From: Mobula hypostoma
Taxonomy: Eukaryota
Assembly (NCBI RefSeq): GCF_963921235.1
Contig: NC_086097.1
Location: 53,322,001 to 53,386,000, forward strand
Reading direction: 5' to 3'
DNA: 64,000 bases
Positions 1-12,898 of this stretch are shown here, in pieces. How positions within the stretch are numbered: the stretch's first letter is position 1; the number at the start of each line of letters is the position of its first letter. The translations under genes and the position numbers were made by a program. The notes under the pieces are model-generated. The model was not told the origin of the DNA. It searched no databases and was given only the letters and a program-made list of their open reading frames with translations.

Positions 1-930
1 TGACCTGGATGAAAATGTAGATAGTTGGATTAGTAAATTTGCAGATGATATGAAGATCGGTGATGTTGTCGATAGCGTAGAAGACTGGTAAAGAACACAG
101 TGGGATAGAGATCAGTTGTGGATATGGGCAGAGGAATGGCAGATGGAGTTTAACCCAGACAAATGTGAAGGTAGGTCAAAAGGAGACAGTACACTGTTCA
201 GGGCAAGACTGAACAGTGTTGATGAGTAGAGGGTTCTTGAGGTCCAAGTTCGTAGGTCCCAGAAAGTGGCTACACCAGTTGATATGGTGGTTAAGAAGGC
301 ATATGGCATGCCTACCTTTATTACTCCAAGGCACTGAGTTCAAAAGTCAGGAAGTTATATTGTAGCTTTATAAAATTCTAGTTAGGCCACATCTGGTGTA
401 TTGCATACAGTTCCGGTCACCCATGATCAGAAGGATGTTGAGGCTTTAGAGAGGGTGCAGAAGAGGTTTACCAGGATGCTACCTGGATTAGAGGACAAAT
501 GCTATAATGAAAGGTTGGACAAATTTGGATTGTTTTCTCTGGAATAGCAGAGGCTGAGGGGAGATCAGATAGAGGTTTAAGAGGTTATGAGAGGCATAGA
601 TAGAGTGGACAAACAACATCTTTTCCCCAACGGTTGAAATGTCTAATACCAGAAGGCAAACATTTAAGCTGAGGGGGTGGTTTCAAAGGAGATGTGAGAG
701 GCAAGTTTAAACATAGAGTGGTGCGTGCCTGGAAGGTGCTGCCTGGGGTGCTGGTAGAGGCAGAAACATTAGAGACTAATAAGAGTAGTTTAGGTAGGCA
801 CATGAATGTGAGGACAATGGAGGAATATGGATGTTGTGTTTAGATATTCATTTGATTACTAATTTCATTGGTTCGGTACAACATAGTGGGCCAAAGGGCC
901 TGTTCTTGTGCTGTACAGTTCTTCATTCTA
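1..930 (+). mobile_element. CR1-clade LINE 3' fragment (HER1-like)
   Basis: 'aaatttgcagatgat' (KFADD) RT motif, [12 protein letters not shown] region and CR1 tail gggcc..gggcctgttc.tgtgctgta. Confidence 0.9.
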
Positions 931-1824
931 AAACTTTTCTCCACATCAGGAAGCAGACAAGAAGGACAAAGATTTAAGATAATGGTTAGGATAATGGGAA
1001 AGAGATTCCAAAGGGAACTCTCCTCCCCGCCTCCAAGAGAGTGGCATGCAGCTGGTATGCACTGCCAAAGAGTTTGATTGAGAGAGGGGTGAGGATTGCT
1101 GATAGCATTTGTGTAACCCCTAGATGAGAACTTGAATCACTTAGGCATAGAAGAATGTGGACCAAGTGCTGGAAGACAGAATGCCACCAAAGAGTTGCCG
1201 TTGCTCAGCATGGGTGTGTCGGCCCGAATGGTTCACATCCATGCAGTATGTCTTTATGACTTCAACACTAAAACAAGTTCATAAACTAGCAAGGATCTGT
1301 TCATTAACACTGGAAAGTATTGCCGGAATTACACACACATAAGAATGACAAATAGCTGCGCTGCTGTAATCTGTAACCTTTCCTGAACAGGAAGTGACTT
1401 GCACTGTTAGGCATGTTTTACCTCTCAGCAGCAGTATTCCTGGAGGAAGCAGCAAATTTGGCTGCCAGAGCTTTTCCTGTGTAATATGCAATCCTGACCA
1501 TAATAGCTTTAAGATTTCCCATCCCCCAATAGCGACCACTAAAGTATTTCAGGATTAACCTTCTCAAACGTAAAGAAAACTCTCAATGACCTGCTGCTGT
1601 TTTTCCTCACTGCATTAATATCTATTCAGCTGTGTAGTTAATTTGCAACAGAGTACTTTTAGCTTGCTACCTCCTTGAAAGATAGATTGTGGGAAGGAGG
1701 TAGGGGGCTACAAGAAGGCTATTTTAAAATCAGAAGTTGTTGAACAGCTTGTATGTAAAGTGGTTCAATTTGTACATGGGATAGATTCACAGGATATCAT
1801 CAGAACCCAGTGCATGCAAGTATG

Positions 1825-1963
1825 ACGAAGGGTCCTGACGAAGGGTCTCAACCCGAAACGTCGACTGTACCTCTTCCTAGAGATGCTGCCTGGTCTGCTG
1901 CGTTCACCAGCAACTATGATGTGTGTTGCTTGAATTTCCAGCATCTGCAGAATTCCTCGTGTT
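1825..1963 (+). mobile_element. Short Penelope-like 3' terminal insert
   Basis: Homologous to the 3' ends of longer GIY-YIG copies; 14-bp TSD TGCATGCAA(G/T)TATG at 1811-1824 and 1964-1977. Confidence 0.85.
1831..1866 (+). ncRNA. Minimal type-I hammerhead ribozyme motif (Penelope-like associated)
   Basis: GGTC-CTGACGA-A-GGGT-ctca-ACCC-GAAA-CG-TC-GACT. Confidence 0.75.
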
Positions 1964-4186
1964 TGCATGCAATTATGTATAGGCAAGTCAATATAAAGAC
2001 TTTCCTAAAAATTTGGTAAAAATGATCAAAAATCTCAAACTCATTAAAACCTCACCAAGGAGCAAGTGAGTAAATGGTGTTCATAATAGTACGTATGTAT
2101 TGTGGCTTGTAAACTAGTTTTGATAGATACATTGACCATGGGGAATATAAATAAATCACAACAGCTTATGCTTACAAATTAATGTACTAAAAATAAGACC
2201 CAGAGCACAGGAAGCAAGCTTTGTTTAGAAACTACACAGCATATGAATCAAAAAGTTAGAACTACCATAATATATCTGATTCATGAATTTAAAAGGCACT
2301 TTAAGAGAGCTGCAGTAATTTTGTTCCCTGAGAACGGCAATAACTTTTAAGTCATCTCGGGATTGGTTAGATACTCATGAACATGAACAAAATGCTGCTC
2401 TGATAACCACAAAAACCTCCAGGTTTACAGGCAGATGGAAGTTATGATCTGAAAATGAGTAAGATTATCCAAGAAAGGAAATGAAAACTAGCATCTATTA
2501 TCCTATCAATGTAATAACTTTGTAATGCATTTGTAATAGCCACACCACTTAATTGCAGGCTCGATTTTACCACAAAAATGCACCAAAAAACATAAAAATT
2601 TCTGTTTAAATGATGGTAGAAAACATCCTATGTTTCTCTCTCTCACTTTGATCAAGGCACATGTATGATTCTCTCCATTTCCAAATTGGAAACAGGACAA
2701 GGAAACAAGCAAGTTGAAATGTACTGCTACTTGTGCCTTTAGATTACTATACTAATACACCTGAAATGGTCTCTTGTATTAACTACAAAAGTACAAGAGG
2801 TAAAGGAAAGAGGAAGTAATTTGTACTTTAAGGATCAGATTTAAAAGTAAAATTGTTAGAGAGACAACTCACTTAGTACCCATATTAAAAACATGTCATT
2901 TTGTATATCTCCATAAATATTTGAACTGTATCTACAGTTCACAAAACCCGTAAACAGTTCAATAGCCCAGCAGATACATTAATGAAAAGCTCAAGCTGTT
3001 TTATATTTCGGACAAAATGCAACTGCAGCTCAGTTGGGTCAGGTACTTACACCTGGCCTCCAGGCAGGCTCTAAGTTAACTGACTGGCCTCTCAGGGATG
3101 TGGTGCCTACTGGAGTAACCTAAGTTTCCATGGCAACTACAATACTCTTCTTTGTACCAAGATCTTAAAACATCTGGCTGAAATTTAAATACACAAGGTG
3201 AATGAAAAAATTCTGCACAGCAAGTGCCCTTGCCGAAGAAATAGAGCAGTGTTCAAATAGATTATTGGGTAGTACTTTGAACAATTCTTTATAATCTTCT
3301 TTAGAATGCTTTTCCATTTCACTGCATTCTGTTAACCTTTCATATGGTGATTCTGGTTGAAAGCACTCCATTCAAGCCACACAATGACAAACCAAATCAC
3401 CTTTAATAGCATGGCCTCTAGCTGGAGAACACAATAATAATGTCACATGTCTAAAGTAGTTATTATGTAAAGCAAAAAAAATCTCAAACTGGTTCCCTCA
3501 ATGAATGAAAAAAAATCAGGCAAATCAATCCTCACACCATTGTACAAATGGGATTAAATGTACCAAAAAGAATCACCAAATACAAATGGGATTAAGTGTG
3601 CTAAACAGAACTGGATTTCTGAGCCACTAACTGAATCAACGTTGTTCTCTTTCCACAATTCAGACATTGCGTAGGTATGAACTCAATCACAGGACATAGG
3701 AGTGTTGTAGCACAACCTTGGCCACTCCATTATTCACATACATCAATAAAACCCCACATGCTAATTGTGTCCCAAAACCTTTACTCCAAATAAAATATGT
3801 AGACATATAATGAAGCACCTCTGAAGTGATGGACAACTAGGACAGGACTGGCTTCAGAAGTTCAGGAGGCCTTTACCCACGAACACTGGAAACACCAGGC
3901 AAGGGGAAATGTACCTAGCAAGGGATGTTTTGAGCTTAGCAACAAAATTAGAGTCAAACCACTTACATATTTTTATTGTGAAATTCATTGTGAGACAAGA
4001 CAACAGACTATCAGGAAGAACCTAGGTGATCAAAAGATCAAACCTGGACTGAAAGTTAAAGCCCAATATTCAACATTTCCTCAGAAAATGCTCTTCACTG
4101 AACTTTTCCTCCCTCTTCTATAATAGGGAAACAATTTCAAAACGGGAATGGAAAGGAATGGAAAGAAAAAGGGTACAAAGTCCAAC

Positions 4187-4484
4187 ACTATAACCATCAG
4201 GCTCCCGAACCGGTTTGGATACCTTCACTCACCACAACTCTGAACTGATTTCACAACCTACAGACCCACTTTTAAGGACCCTGTAACTCATGTTCTCAGT
4301 ATTTTTTTAATTTACACAATTTATCTTGTTTTGCAGGCTGATTGGTTGCCATTCTTTATATATTTTCATAAATTTTATTGCATTTCTTTATTTTCCTGTA
4401 AATGCCTGCAAAAAATTAAAGATCAAGGTAGAATATGGTGACATATACAGTATGTACTTCAATATAAATTTGACTGACTTTGAC
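4187..4484 (+). mobile_element. Rex1/Babar 3' UTR fragment
   Basis: Homologous to 58710-59052 and to the reverse complement of 42095-42400. Confidence 0.7.
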
Positions 4485-4894
4485 ATAGTGCCATACCACA
4501 CATAAGAGTCACTATGGGACCAAATGGGTTCATCTGCAGGGGTTCCCAATCTGGAGGTCCAATGCTGGGAACCCCTGCCTCATATCTAGTGCCTTGACCT
4601 TTTGAGTCAATAAGTATGCTGCAGGCAGTGGAAAGCCAGACCAAACAGGTGATTTAGTGGCATCTCTTGTAGTCCTGGAGAGAAGTCTAATCTCCAATAA
4701 GCCTCTTGATCTGTCACTATAGATTCAAGTCCCAGTCCAAAAAGTAGAAACACATTTTAGGTGGTCACTATGCCAAGTTCACATGCTTGTGTATTCTGTG
4801 GTAAATTTAATCATAGATCTCTAGTTTCAGCAAGTTCTAAAAGGGGACAATTTGCACATCCCTTGGATGGCTACGCTGGCATTAGGGATTGATA

Positions 4895-5157
4895 AAGGAA
4901 AGGTACATCGCATCCGGAGTTTCTCCGGTTAGCAGACGATTTCCCTCCACGCCTCTCTGACGTAGTAGGGAACCGTGTATGAGGCCATTTACAGCAGTGG
5001 TTTGCCTTTGCCTTTTGCCAGGTGAGCTTCCAAAGAGATCACCAGCTTGTAACCCAGCATGGATGGAAAGCATGCAGGGGAGCCAGCTGGCTGGATTTGA
5101 ACCCGGACCTTTCGTCCCGAAGTCCGACGCTGATGCCACTATGCCACCAGCCGGGTC
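4895..5157 (-). mobile_element. tRNA-derived SINE (tRNA-Arg(TCG)-like head)
   Basis: A box TGGCATAGTGG, B box GGTTCAAATCC, loop CTTCGG; TSD TAGGGAT(T/G)GATA at 4883-4894 and 5158-5169. Confidence 0.88.
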
Positions 5158-5635
5158 TAGGGATGGATATGATCAGGAAATGCAGTGATAAACTGTACAA
5201 TTCAATTGACCATCAATGTACTAGAAGACCACAACTATGTGCAGAACCACTAATTTTTTTGGAATCGAAATTGAGAAAGGACAACCCTGCTTCATAAGAT
5301 GTCTTCAGTCAGTATCGAGCCAGATGCATTCAGATTTTCAAACTGAGGTGGCTCAATAAGATAGCAATGCAACCAAAATTGAAAAGGATTTTCTACCAAA
5401 GACATGTGTTTTCCCACACCTCATTTTTGCTTTGATTCGACAAAAGAAACCCAAAGGGAATTTAATGATTAAGTGGCAACAATTCCTCTCACCTACCTGC
5501 CCCACCACGCTTCAACAAAAGCCACATATCCTACTCACTGAAACATCTTATAGAGGAAAAAGATGCATCGATTATAGCAGACTAAGATTAGCTCATGGCA
5601 ACTTCTGCTTGATTTTTATTTTTTTTTAATTGTAG

Positions 5636-5984
5636 AGATAAGATGTTGATAGGCATTGATCATGTGGATAATCAGAGGCTTTTTCCCAGGGCTGAAATGG
5701 CTGCCACAAGAGGGCACAGGTTTAAGGTGCTTGGGAGTATGTACAGAGGAGATGTTGGGGGTAAGTTTTTTACTCAGAGAGTGGTGAGTGCGTGGAATGG
5801 GCTGCCGGCAACGGTGGTGGAGGCGGAAACAATAGGGTTTTTGAAGAGATTTTTGGATAGGTACATGGAGCTTAGAAAAATAGGGGGCTATGGGTAACCC
5901 TAGTAATTTCTAAGGTAGGGACATGTTCGGCACAACTTTGTGGACTGAAGGGCCTGTACTGTGCTGCAGGGTTTCTGTGTTTCT
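5636..5984 (+). mobile_element. CR1-clade LINE 3' end
   Basis: QRLFPRAEMAATRGHRFKVLG..FFTQRVVSAWNGLP; close to 46085-46436. Confidence 0.9.
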
Positions 5985-5985
5985 A

Positions 5986-6222
5986 GATACAGCATGGTGA
6001 CAGGCCCTTCCAGCCCAATGAGCTGCGCTGCCGATCAAACTCACGTGACCAAATAACCTCCCAACACACGCCCTTGGAATGTGGAAGGAAACTGGAGCAC
6101 CCAGAGGAAACCCATGCAGTCACAGGCAGAAGATACAAATTCCTTACAGACGGTGGCGGGAACTGAGCTGGGGCCACTGGCGCTGCAAGAGCGTCACGCT
6201 AACCAGTATGCTACCGCGCCAC
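5986..6222 (-). mobile_element. HE1-like V-SINE
   Basis: tRNA-like head, V-domain GGGTTTCCTCTGGGTGCTCCAGTTTCCTTCCACATTCCAA and CR1-like tail. Confidence 0.8.
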
Positions 6223-8694
6223 CCATAACCTCTCATAACCATCCATAAATTCCCGTAACTTCTCTCAGATCAACCAGAGCCTACATTGCAGCCTCGATAC
6301 ATAGCCCAGTCCCAATTTGAATTTACTTCTCCACTATAATCCATTCTCTTGATTCCCAGTTACTGTCAATTTGCCCAAACCTTCATCTCCCCACTTCAGC
6401 TTCTCTTGGAAGATAAAATTAAACATCATCACCTGCACACTGTGCGGCAATCCCAACATCACTTTCCTCTCTGAGCAATACAGCAACACTTAGATACTCC
6501 AACACCTTTGGGACTTGGTCGAGCTGGACTAGCAGATTTTCTGGAGGTTTGGATGCTATTCATACCCAAGAATATTTTTATCTTTACATATTACAAAGCA
6601 GTATAATAAATTTTCTAGTGAATATGGGAAGTCAAGTCAAGCACTCTGAATCCCAACTCCAGCTACAAACTTACCCAATGTTCCTGACTCCTGGTACTTT
6701 AGACCCCAATCCTGGCCTGCAGTGATCCTTGGACCCTGGATACATACCCAACTTGTACTCTGAAGCCTCTGACTCACATTGAAAGCTAACAAGTGGCACA
6801 GATGACAGACCTTTAGAACTTTTGAACATTCAGATGCCAGACAATTAAGGTATTATTGGTCCCAGTATAGTAACCCCAAGATGGCTGAGTTTTTGGCTTC
6901 CTGTTATCTGACTATTTCAACAGTCTCTTCCTGCATTACCATTCTGCACGCAGTCTCTCACTTCTCCCAACACAAAACAATTCCCCCTCAAATGCCTTGC
7001 ATTACTTTTAGTTCTCCGGAGTTATCCAGATAAAAACTTGCAACTAAAGTGAAGATCAATAGTAAAGAAATTCAAGAATACATAAATTCAGTAAAGTATC
7101 TAAAACAATATACAAATTAACCTCACAGCAAAAAGCAAAGGGACTCAAAAGACAAAGTAATGTCCTAACATTAAGTATTGTGAAACGGCACCATGCTCTT
7201 CTCACGCAGACAAATGCATTTCAAGGCATTCTACTGAGCTATAATGACCCCTAACAGATCAAATTTCAACTGCCCGCTTGAAATCAACAGAATATTCACG
7301 GCACTTTGTATGGAGACATTACTAGTTTGCTGAATTTCTAGGCATACTTCTTTGATGCAGACATCATAAACAAAATTATTTTATGCATTGCTCCCTTTCA
7401 TATTAAATTAATCTTTTATTACTGCATATTTAATTGGAATCAAGATCATATTTTCCATTCAGAATTCCTTTACTTTTAAAAATGTGTTCTCAAAGCTAAA
7501 CTCATCTACTTGCCAGTTATAAATCAAAAATTTAACTGTCTAATCCTATGATAACCCATTTGTTTTCAAATGATTCACAAAATATACCCAAAAAAGGACA
7601 GTCCACCACTACTTTGAGCATTGATTTATACAAGCCTTGTATTCATTTAACGCACTAAGGTTGCCCTGTTAATAAAGAGGTTACCCATGTTGCCCCATAC
7701 TCAGTCTGCTGGCTTGAAGTTTGAATCCAACTTCTACAAACACTTCTTCCATGCTCGTCCAACTTGCCTTCTGGTTCTTTAACGCAAGAGATTGCGTAGA
7801 TGCTGGAAATCCAGAGTCGCTAACACACACGCAATTCTGGAGGCAGAAATGATGGAAAGGTGCCATTCGGGCTGAGACCTTTCATCAGGGCAGACTAAGC
7901 TGAAGGGATCTGGGAGGATGCAACACAAGACAGGCTACTGACTGCCGTGTGGCAACAGTCTCTCTGTTATGATTCCCAATTAATCTTCCATCAATTGCAT
8001 GTACTGAGGTGTTGTAAAGATACAAGTTGCATAAGGACATCAATAACCACAATCTCCATCTTCCTTTTACAAATGGTTACTCAGACATCCCTCCACAATG
8101 CTTGGCTCTTCACCTTCACATCATAAATGCTAACACCCATTTGAAGCAACAGAAATTCTTAACACATCACGTAATATAAAACACACTTGCAAACTGACTT
8201 CTAAAACATCCTTTGCATCCAAAATGCTTAACATACACTCTGGCCACATTATTCTGTACATGTGCTCGTTAATGCAAATATCTAATCAGCCAATCATGTG
8301 GCAGCAACTTAATGTATGAAAGCAAGCAGACATGATTAAGAACTTCAATTGCTATTCAGATCAAACATCACAATGGAGAAGAAATGTGATCTACGTGACT
8401 TTGACCATGGTGCCAGACAAGATGGTTTGAGAATCTCAGAAACTGCTGACCTCCTGGGATTTTCACATACAACAGTCTCTAGAGTTTACAGAGAATTATA
8501 TGAAAAAAGATGTTTAAAATCCAGTGAGTGGTAGTTCTGTGGGTGAAAGTGCTTTTTTAATGAGAGAAGCCAGAGGAGAAAGGCCAGACTGGTTCAGGTT
8601 GACAGAAAGACAACAGTTACTCAAACAATAATGAGTTACAACAGTGGTGTGCAGAAGATCATCTCTGAATGCACAACACATTGAACCTTGAAGT

Positions 8695-8933
8695 AACACA
8701 CACAAAAAATGCTGGTGGAAAGTAGCAGGCCAGGCAGCATCTCTAGGAAGAGGTACAATCGACGTTTCAGGTCAAGACCCTTCGTCAGGACTAACCGAAA
8801 GAAGAGATAGTAAGAGATTTGAAAGCGGGAGGGGGAAGGGGAGATCCGAAATGATAGGAGAAAACAGGAGGGGAAGGGATAGAGCTAGGAGCTGGAAAGT
8901 TGATTGGCAAAAGGGATACAAGGCTGGAGAAGG
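8695..8933 (-). mobile_element. Penelope-like 3' fragment inserted in a Tc1 relic
   Basis: TSD GAAC(C/T)TTGAAGT at 8683-8694 and 8934-8945; same family as 12899-13440. Confidence 0.85.
8757..8792 (-). ncRNA. Minimal type-I hammerhead ribozyme motif
   Basis: Reverse complement AGTC-CTGACGA-A-GGGT-cttg-ACCT-GAAA-CG-TC-GATT. Confidence 0.7.
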
Positions 8934-9269
8934 GAACTTTGAAGTGGATGGGTTACAGCAGCAGAAAACCACAAACATGCACTCAGTGGCCACTTTATTA
9001 GGTGCAGGAGATAGCTAATAAAGTGGCCACTGATTGGACTTATCAGATGTCAGCCTATCATTTGGGACTTCCATTATTAGTACACAGTAGCTACAGTGCT
9101 AATCATCTTAAGATATTCCACAATAGACAGCTCTATTTCTGATGGAGAACAATTCACATCTTGTAGTTTTAATTAAAAAGGATAGTTGTTTCTCCACAAC
9201 CAAAGAGAAACATATTAATGCCCAATACTTTACAGAAACTTATCTGTGACAGCCCTTTGTAAATGCATG

Positions 9270-9592
9270 CCCATGATAATCACAATCATAATAACTTACA
9301 GAAATCAATAAGTGGAAAACACCAGAAATATGTCAAATTAAAAGAGGAAATTGAAAGACTATGGAACATGAACAGAGTATACATTGTACCAATAGTAATA
9401 TCTACAACTGGTATCACCCCAAAGTCACCAAATAGCATTAAACAATTAAGCCTACACAGCAATATTTATGTAAATCTCCAGAAAATGCTAAACTCCACTA
9501 GAATAGTCTAAAAGTTCCTATCATTTTAGAAATGAGTGTGCTTGGCTATGTCTGTACCTCAGGTTTTACCAGCTTGAGCTGAGAATGAATGA
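9270..9592 (+). mobile_element. R4/Dong-like non-LTR element 3' fragment (restriction-like endonuclease)
   Basis: KHQKYVKLKEEIERLWNMNRVYIVPIVISTTGI (K..KY..L..E+..LW....+VP+V+...G pattern). Confidence 0.7.
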
Positions 9593-9595
9593 ATT

Positions 9596-12250
9596 AAAAT
9601 AATATCTTTATAGCATGAGCGCTTTTCATGCAGATGTAGTTCAGGGTGCTTTATAACGGGATAAAAATACAAACATGAAAATAAAATAAAAATAACAAAT
9701 ATTAAAATAAATGACAAAACGATGTTAGATGAATAGGTTAAATAAATAGGTTTTGAGCTGGCATTTAAAAGTGTCAGCCAAGTCTGCATCCCTTTTAGCT
9801 TTTGGAGCATAGTTCAAAAAAGCTGACCTGCCAATTATATTTTGAGGGAGCTTGTTGAAGTGTAAGAGACCAGTGGAAGCAGATCTGAAATGTCGATCAG
9901 GATTATAAAATGAAAATGATTCTGTGATGTACTCTGGTCCCAGACCATTAACAGCTTTAAAAACACGCAAGAGAACTTTAAAATCAATTCTAAAACAGAG
10001 AGGTCAATGCAGAGTAGCTAATGAGAGTGATATGTTCCTTCATCCTGGTTTAAAAGTTTAGCAACGGCATTCTGAATCAGTTGAAGTTTGTCAGTAGACT
10101 GCATTGGAAGGGCAGTAAAAAGTACATTGCGGTAATCTAGTCTATTTGATACAAAAGTGTGAATCATATGTTAATTTCTGATGCTGAAGAACTTCATTTC
10201 ATATAGCTAGAGTGTCAAAGACTTTTGACCAGAACTGTATTTGTCAATGTGGAGCAAACAGCGAGTTTGTAAATCTCGCAGGAGCAAAGGATGTTGGAAA
10301 TGGCGAGGATGAAGCACAACAGGAGGGGTGTGGGACAGGCAGCAGGGAAGGAATGCCAGGGCAAGGGGTGGTGTGGGTGTAGAAACACCCAGTCCTGAGA
10401 CACCAGGTAAGGTCACTTGATTCCAAACAATTGGTTTATTGATCATTATAGAATGTTTCTCTGGTGCTTTCTGCTTACTCCCCTCCCTTTCCCCTTTTCT
10501 GAACCATGATTCTCCTATCCCTGCCCCCTTCGCACTCTCAGTTCACAATGGAGACCCATAACAAAATCAGGTTTATCATCACTCGCATGTCATAAAATTT
10601 GTTTTTTTTTTGCAGCAGTACAGAGCAATACATAAAACCACTACAGTATCGTGTAATATTTAAGTGTAGAAATGCTACTCTGATCACTTTCTATATGTGG
10701 GATTTAAAATTCAAATCAGAATCAAAGATAACACCCAGGCTTGTTACTTCTGATTTTACAAGGGGATTCCAATCCCCAAGTTTATCAAGGAGTTAATCTC
10801 TTTTGGTTTTGGGACCAACCAAAAGTATTTCAATTTTATCTTCATTTAGTTTTAGGAAATTATTGTTCATCAACTTGTTTACTGCAGCCATACTCGAAGT
10901 CAGAGAAGATTGGGTGTTATCATCATTGAGCTGAATCGAGATATACAGCTGTGTGTCATCTGCAGAACTGTGGAAATCAAGTTTATGCTCTCTAATGATG
11001 TCTCCTAAGGGGAGTATGTACAAGGAGAAATCAGCAACATCAAAAAGTACATATCTCTTAGAAGATTGGTTTCCAAGCCAGACAAGAAAAAAAATTCTCT
11101 CCAAGATACATGAGCAAACTAATTAAGGGCACCATCAGAGAGGCTAACCCAGTTTCAAGGCAATCTAGTAGAATGTTGTGGTCAATCGGTTGAAGGCAGC
11201 TCTTAGATCTAGACTCTATCGGCGTCAGTGCTGAGCCAAAGGTCGTTGACAATTCTGATAAGGGCTTTCTCCGTGCTGTGGTTTGCTCTAAAGTCTGACT
11301 GAAACTTTTCTAGAATATTGCTCTCATTCAGAAAGCTATTGAGTTGGTTGAAAGTGATTTTCTCAAGAACCTTGAGCAGGAAGGAAAGATTTGATACAGG
11401 GCTGTAGCTAACTATCAAGGTTTGGCTTTTTAAGTAGGGGTTTGACAGCCGCAGTTTTGAAGTCAACTGGAAAAACTCCAGTTTCAAGGGAGGTGTTAAT
11501 AATTTACTGAACAGGATTGAAAACACTATTAAAAGAGCCCTTAAAAAGTGTGGTAGGGACAGGATAGAGACAGCAAGTAGATGGCTTACTCATTGTTACA
11601 ATTTTATAGAGTTTGGAATCAGAAATACTAATAATTTTGACATGGTTGCCCTTTTTAAGAGGTTGGCTGTAGAGGTTACCTGTATATGTAGCTAATGGAA
11701 GCAATTTTGTTAATAAAAAGGATTGCAATTTCCTTGGATTTTGTGGAATTATATGCCTTGACTGAAGACATTTTATGTTGGGACAGGGTTCAACACTTGG
11801 TTTATATTTGAGAACATTATTCTTGAATTGGCATTATTCTCTGTAATAATCTCTGAAAAATAGGCTCTTCTTGCAGAGCATATGGCAGATTTAATGGACC
11901 CTAGTTTTTTCTTGTCCAGTTTTCCTCCATTTTCTCTCAACTAGTCAGCATGATCTTGAGTTCGGGGATATAATGTTTAATCATGGTGACGTTTTACTAA
12001 GTGATTTCTTAATCATTACCATATTACACAGTCAGTGGGGAGCAAATTAAAGGAATTAGTTTACACTGAATCTGTCATGCTGCAACTTTTATGCTTGAAG
12101 ATTAAACCTCCCATACATCTCGTGCACGTGTTGCTATTCATCCCAAATCTCACTATGAAAATCATATGTAACCACCTTCCCACCTCCCTGTCAATTATAT
12201 TAAAAAAATGTTTGGGATTTAGGGAAGTCTTCACCTGCCAATTGTGATTA
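9596..12250 (-). mobile_element. L2-clade LINE relic
   Basis: PVSNLSFLLKVLEKI..FQSDFRANHSTEKAL..; [25 protein letters not shown]; tail KCQLKTYLF. Confidence 0.85.
10200..10650 (+). mobile_element. Non-autonomous repeat (Tc1/mariner-like end) nested in L2
   Basis: Homologous to 33685-33945. Confidence 0.65.
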
Positions 12251-12898
12251 TCACCAAAACAAGGTAATTGATCACCTTTTATCAGCACACCTTAATACAA
12301 GGACAAACTGGTAAGAATTTCCTCTCCTCAAGAGAGTTTCAAACCTTCAATTACAGAACAGTAACACACAATAAAATGCTTGTGAAAGACAGATTATAAA
12401 TGCATTATCTACCTTCTTCCAGTGGTAGGTGTTGGGACCACTTCTTTTTGTGCTGTATATAAATTATTTAGATGATGGAATAGATGGGTTTGTTGCCCAG
12501 TTTGCAGATGATACAAAGATTGATGGAGGGGCAGGTAGTATTGAGGAAACAGGTAGGATGAAGAAGGACTTAGATTAGGAGAATGGGCAAGAAAGTGGCA
12601 AATGAAATACAATGTTGGAAAATGCATGGTCATGCACTTTGGTAGCAGAAATAAATGTGTGGGCTATTTTCTAAACAGGAAGAAAATCCAAAAATCTGGG
12701 ATGCAAAGGATCTTGGGAGTCCTTGTGCAGAACACCCTGAAGGTTAACTTACAGGGTGAGTCATTGGTGAGGGAGGCAAATACCACGTTAGCATCCATTT
12801 CAAGAGGTGTAGAATACAAGAGCAAGGATGTGATGCTGAGACTTTATAAGGCACTGTGAGGCCTCACCTTGAGTATTGTGAACAGCTTTGGGACCCCA

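Larger units (their letters stand above)
8235..9036 (+). mobile_element. Tc1-like transposon deletion derivative
   Basis: HTH remnant KKCDLRDFD..ARQDGLRISETADLLGFSHTTVSRVYRE; TIR-like CAGTGGCCACTTTATTAG, with a head-to-head pair at 8981-9035. Confidence 0.8.

Noticed and set aside
3541..3610. Duplicated TACAAATGGGATTAA about 38 bp apart, superficially repeat-spacer-like
   Set aside because: Only two copies; a simple local tandem duplication in a eukaryotic intron, not a CRISPR array
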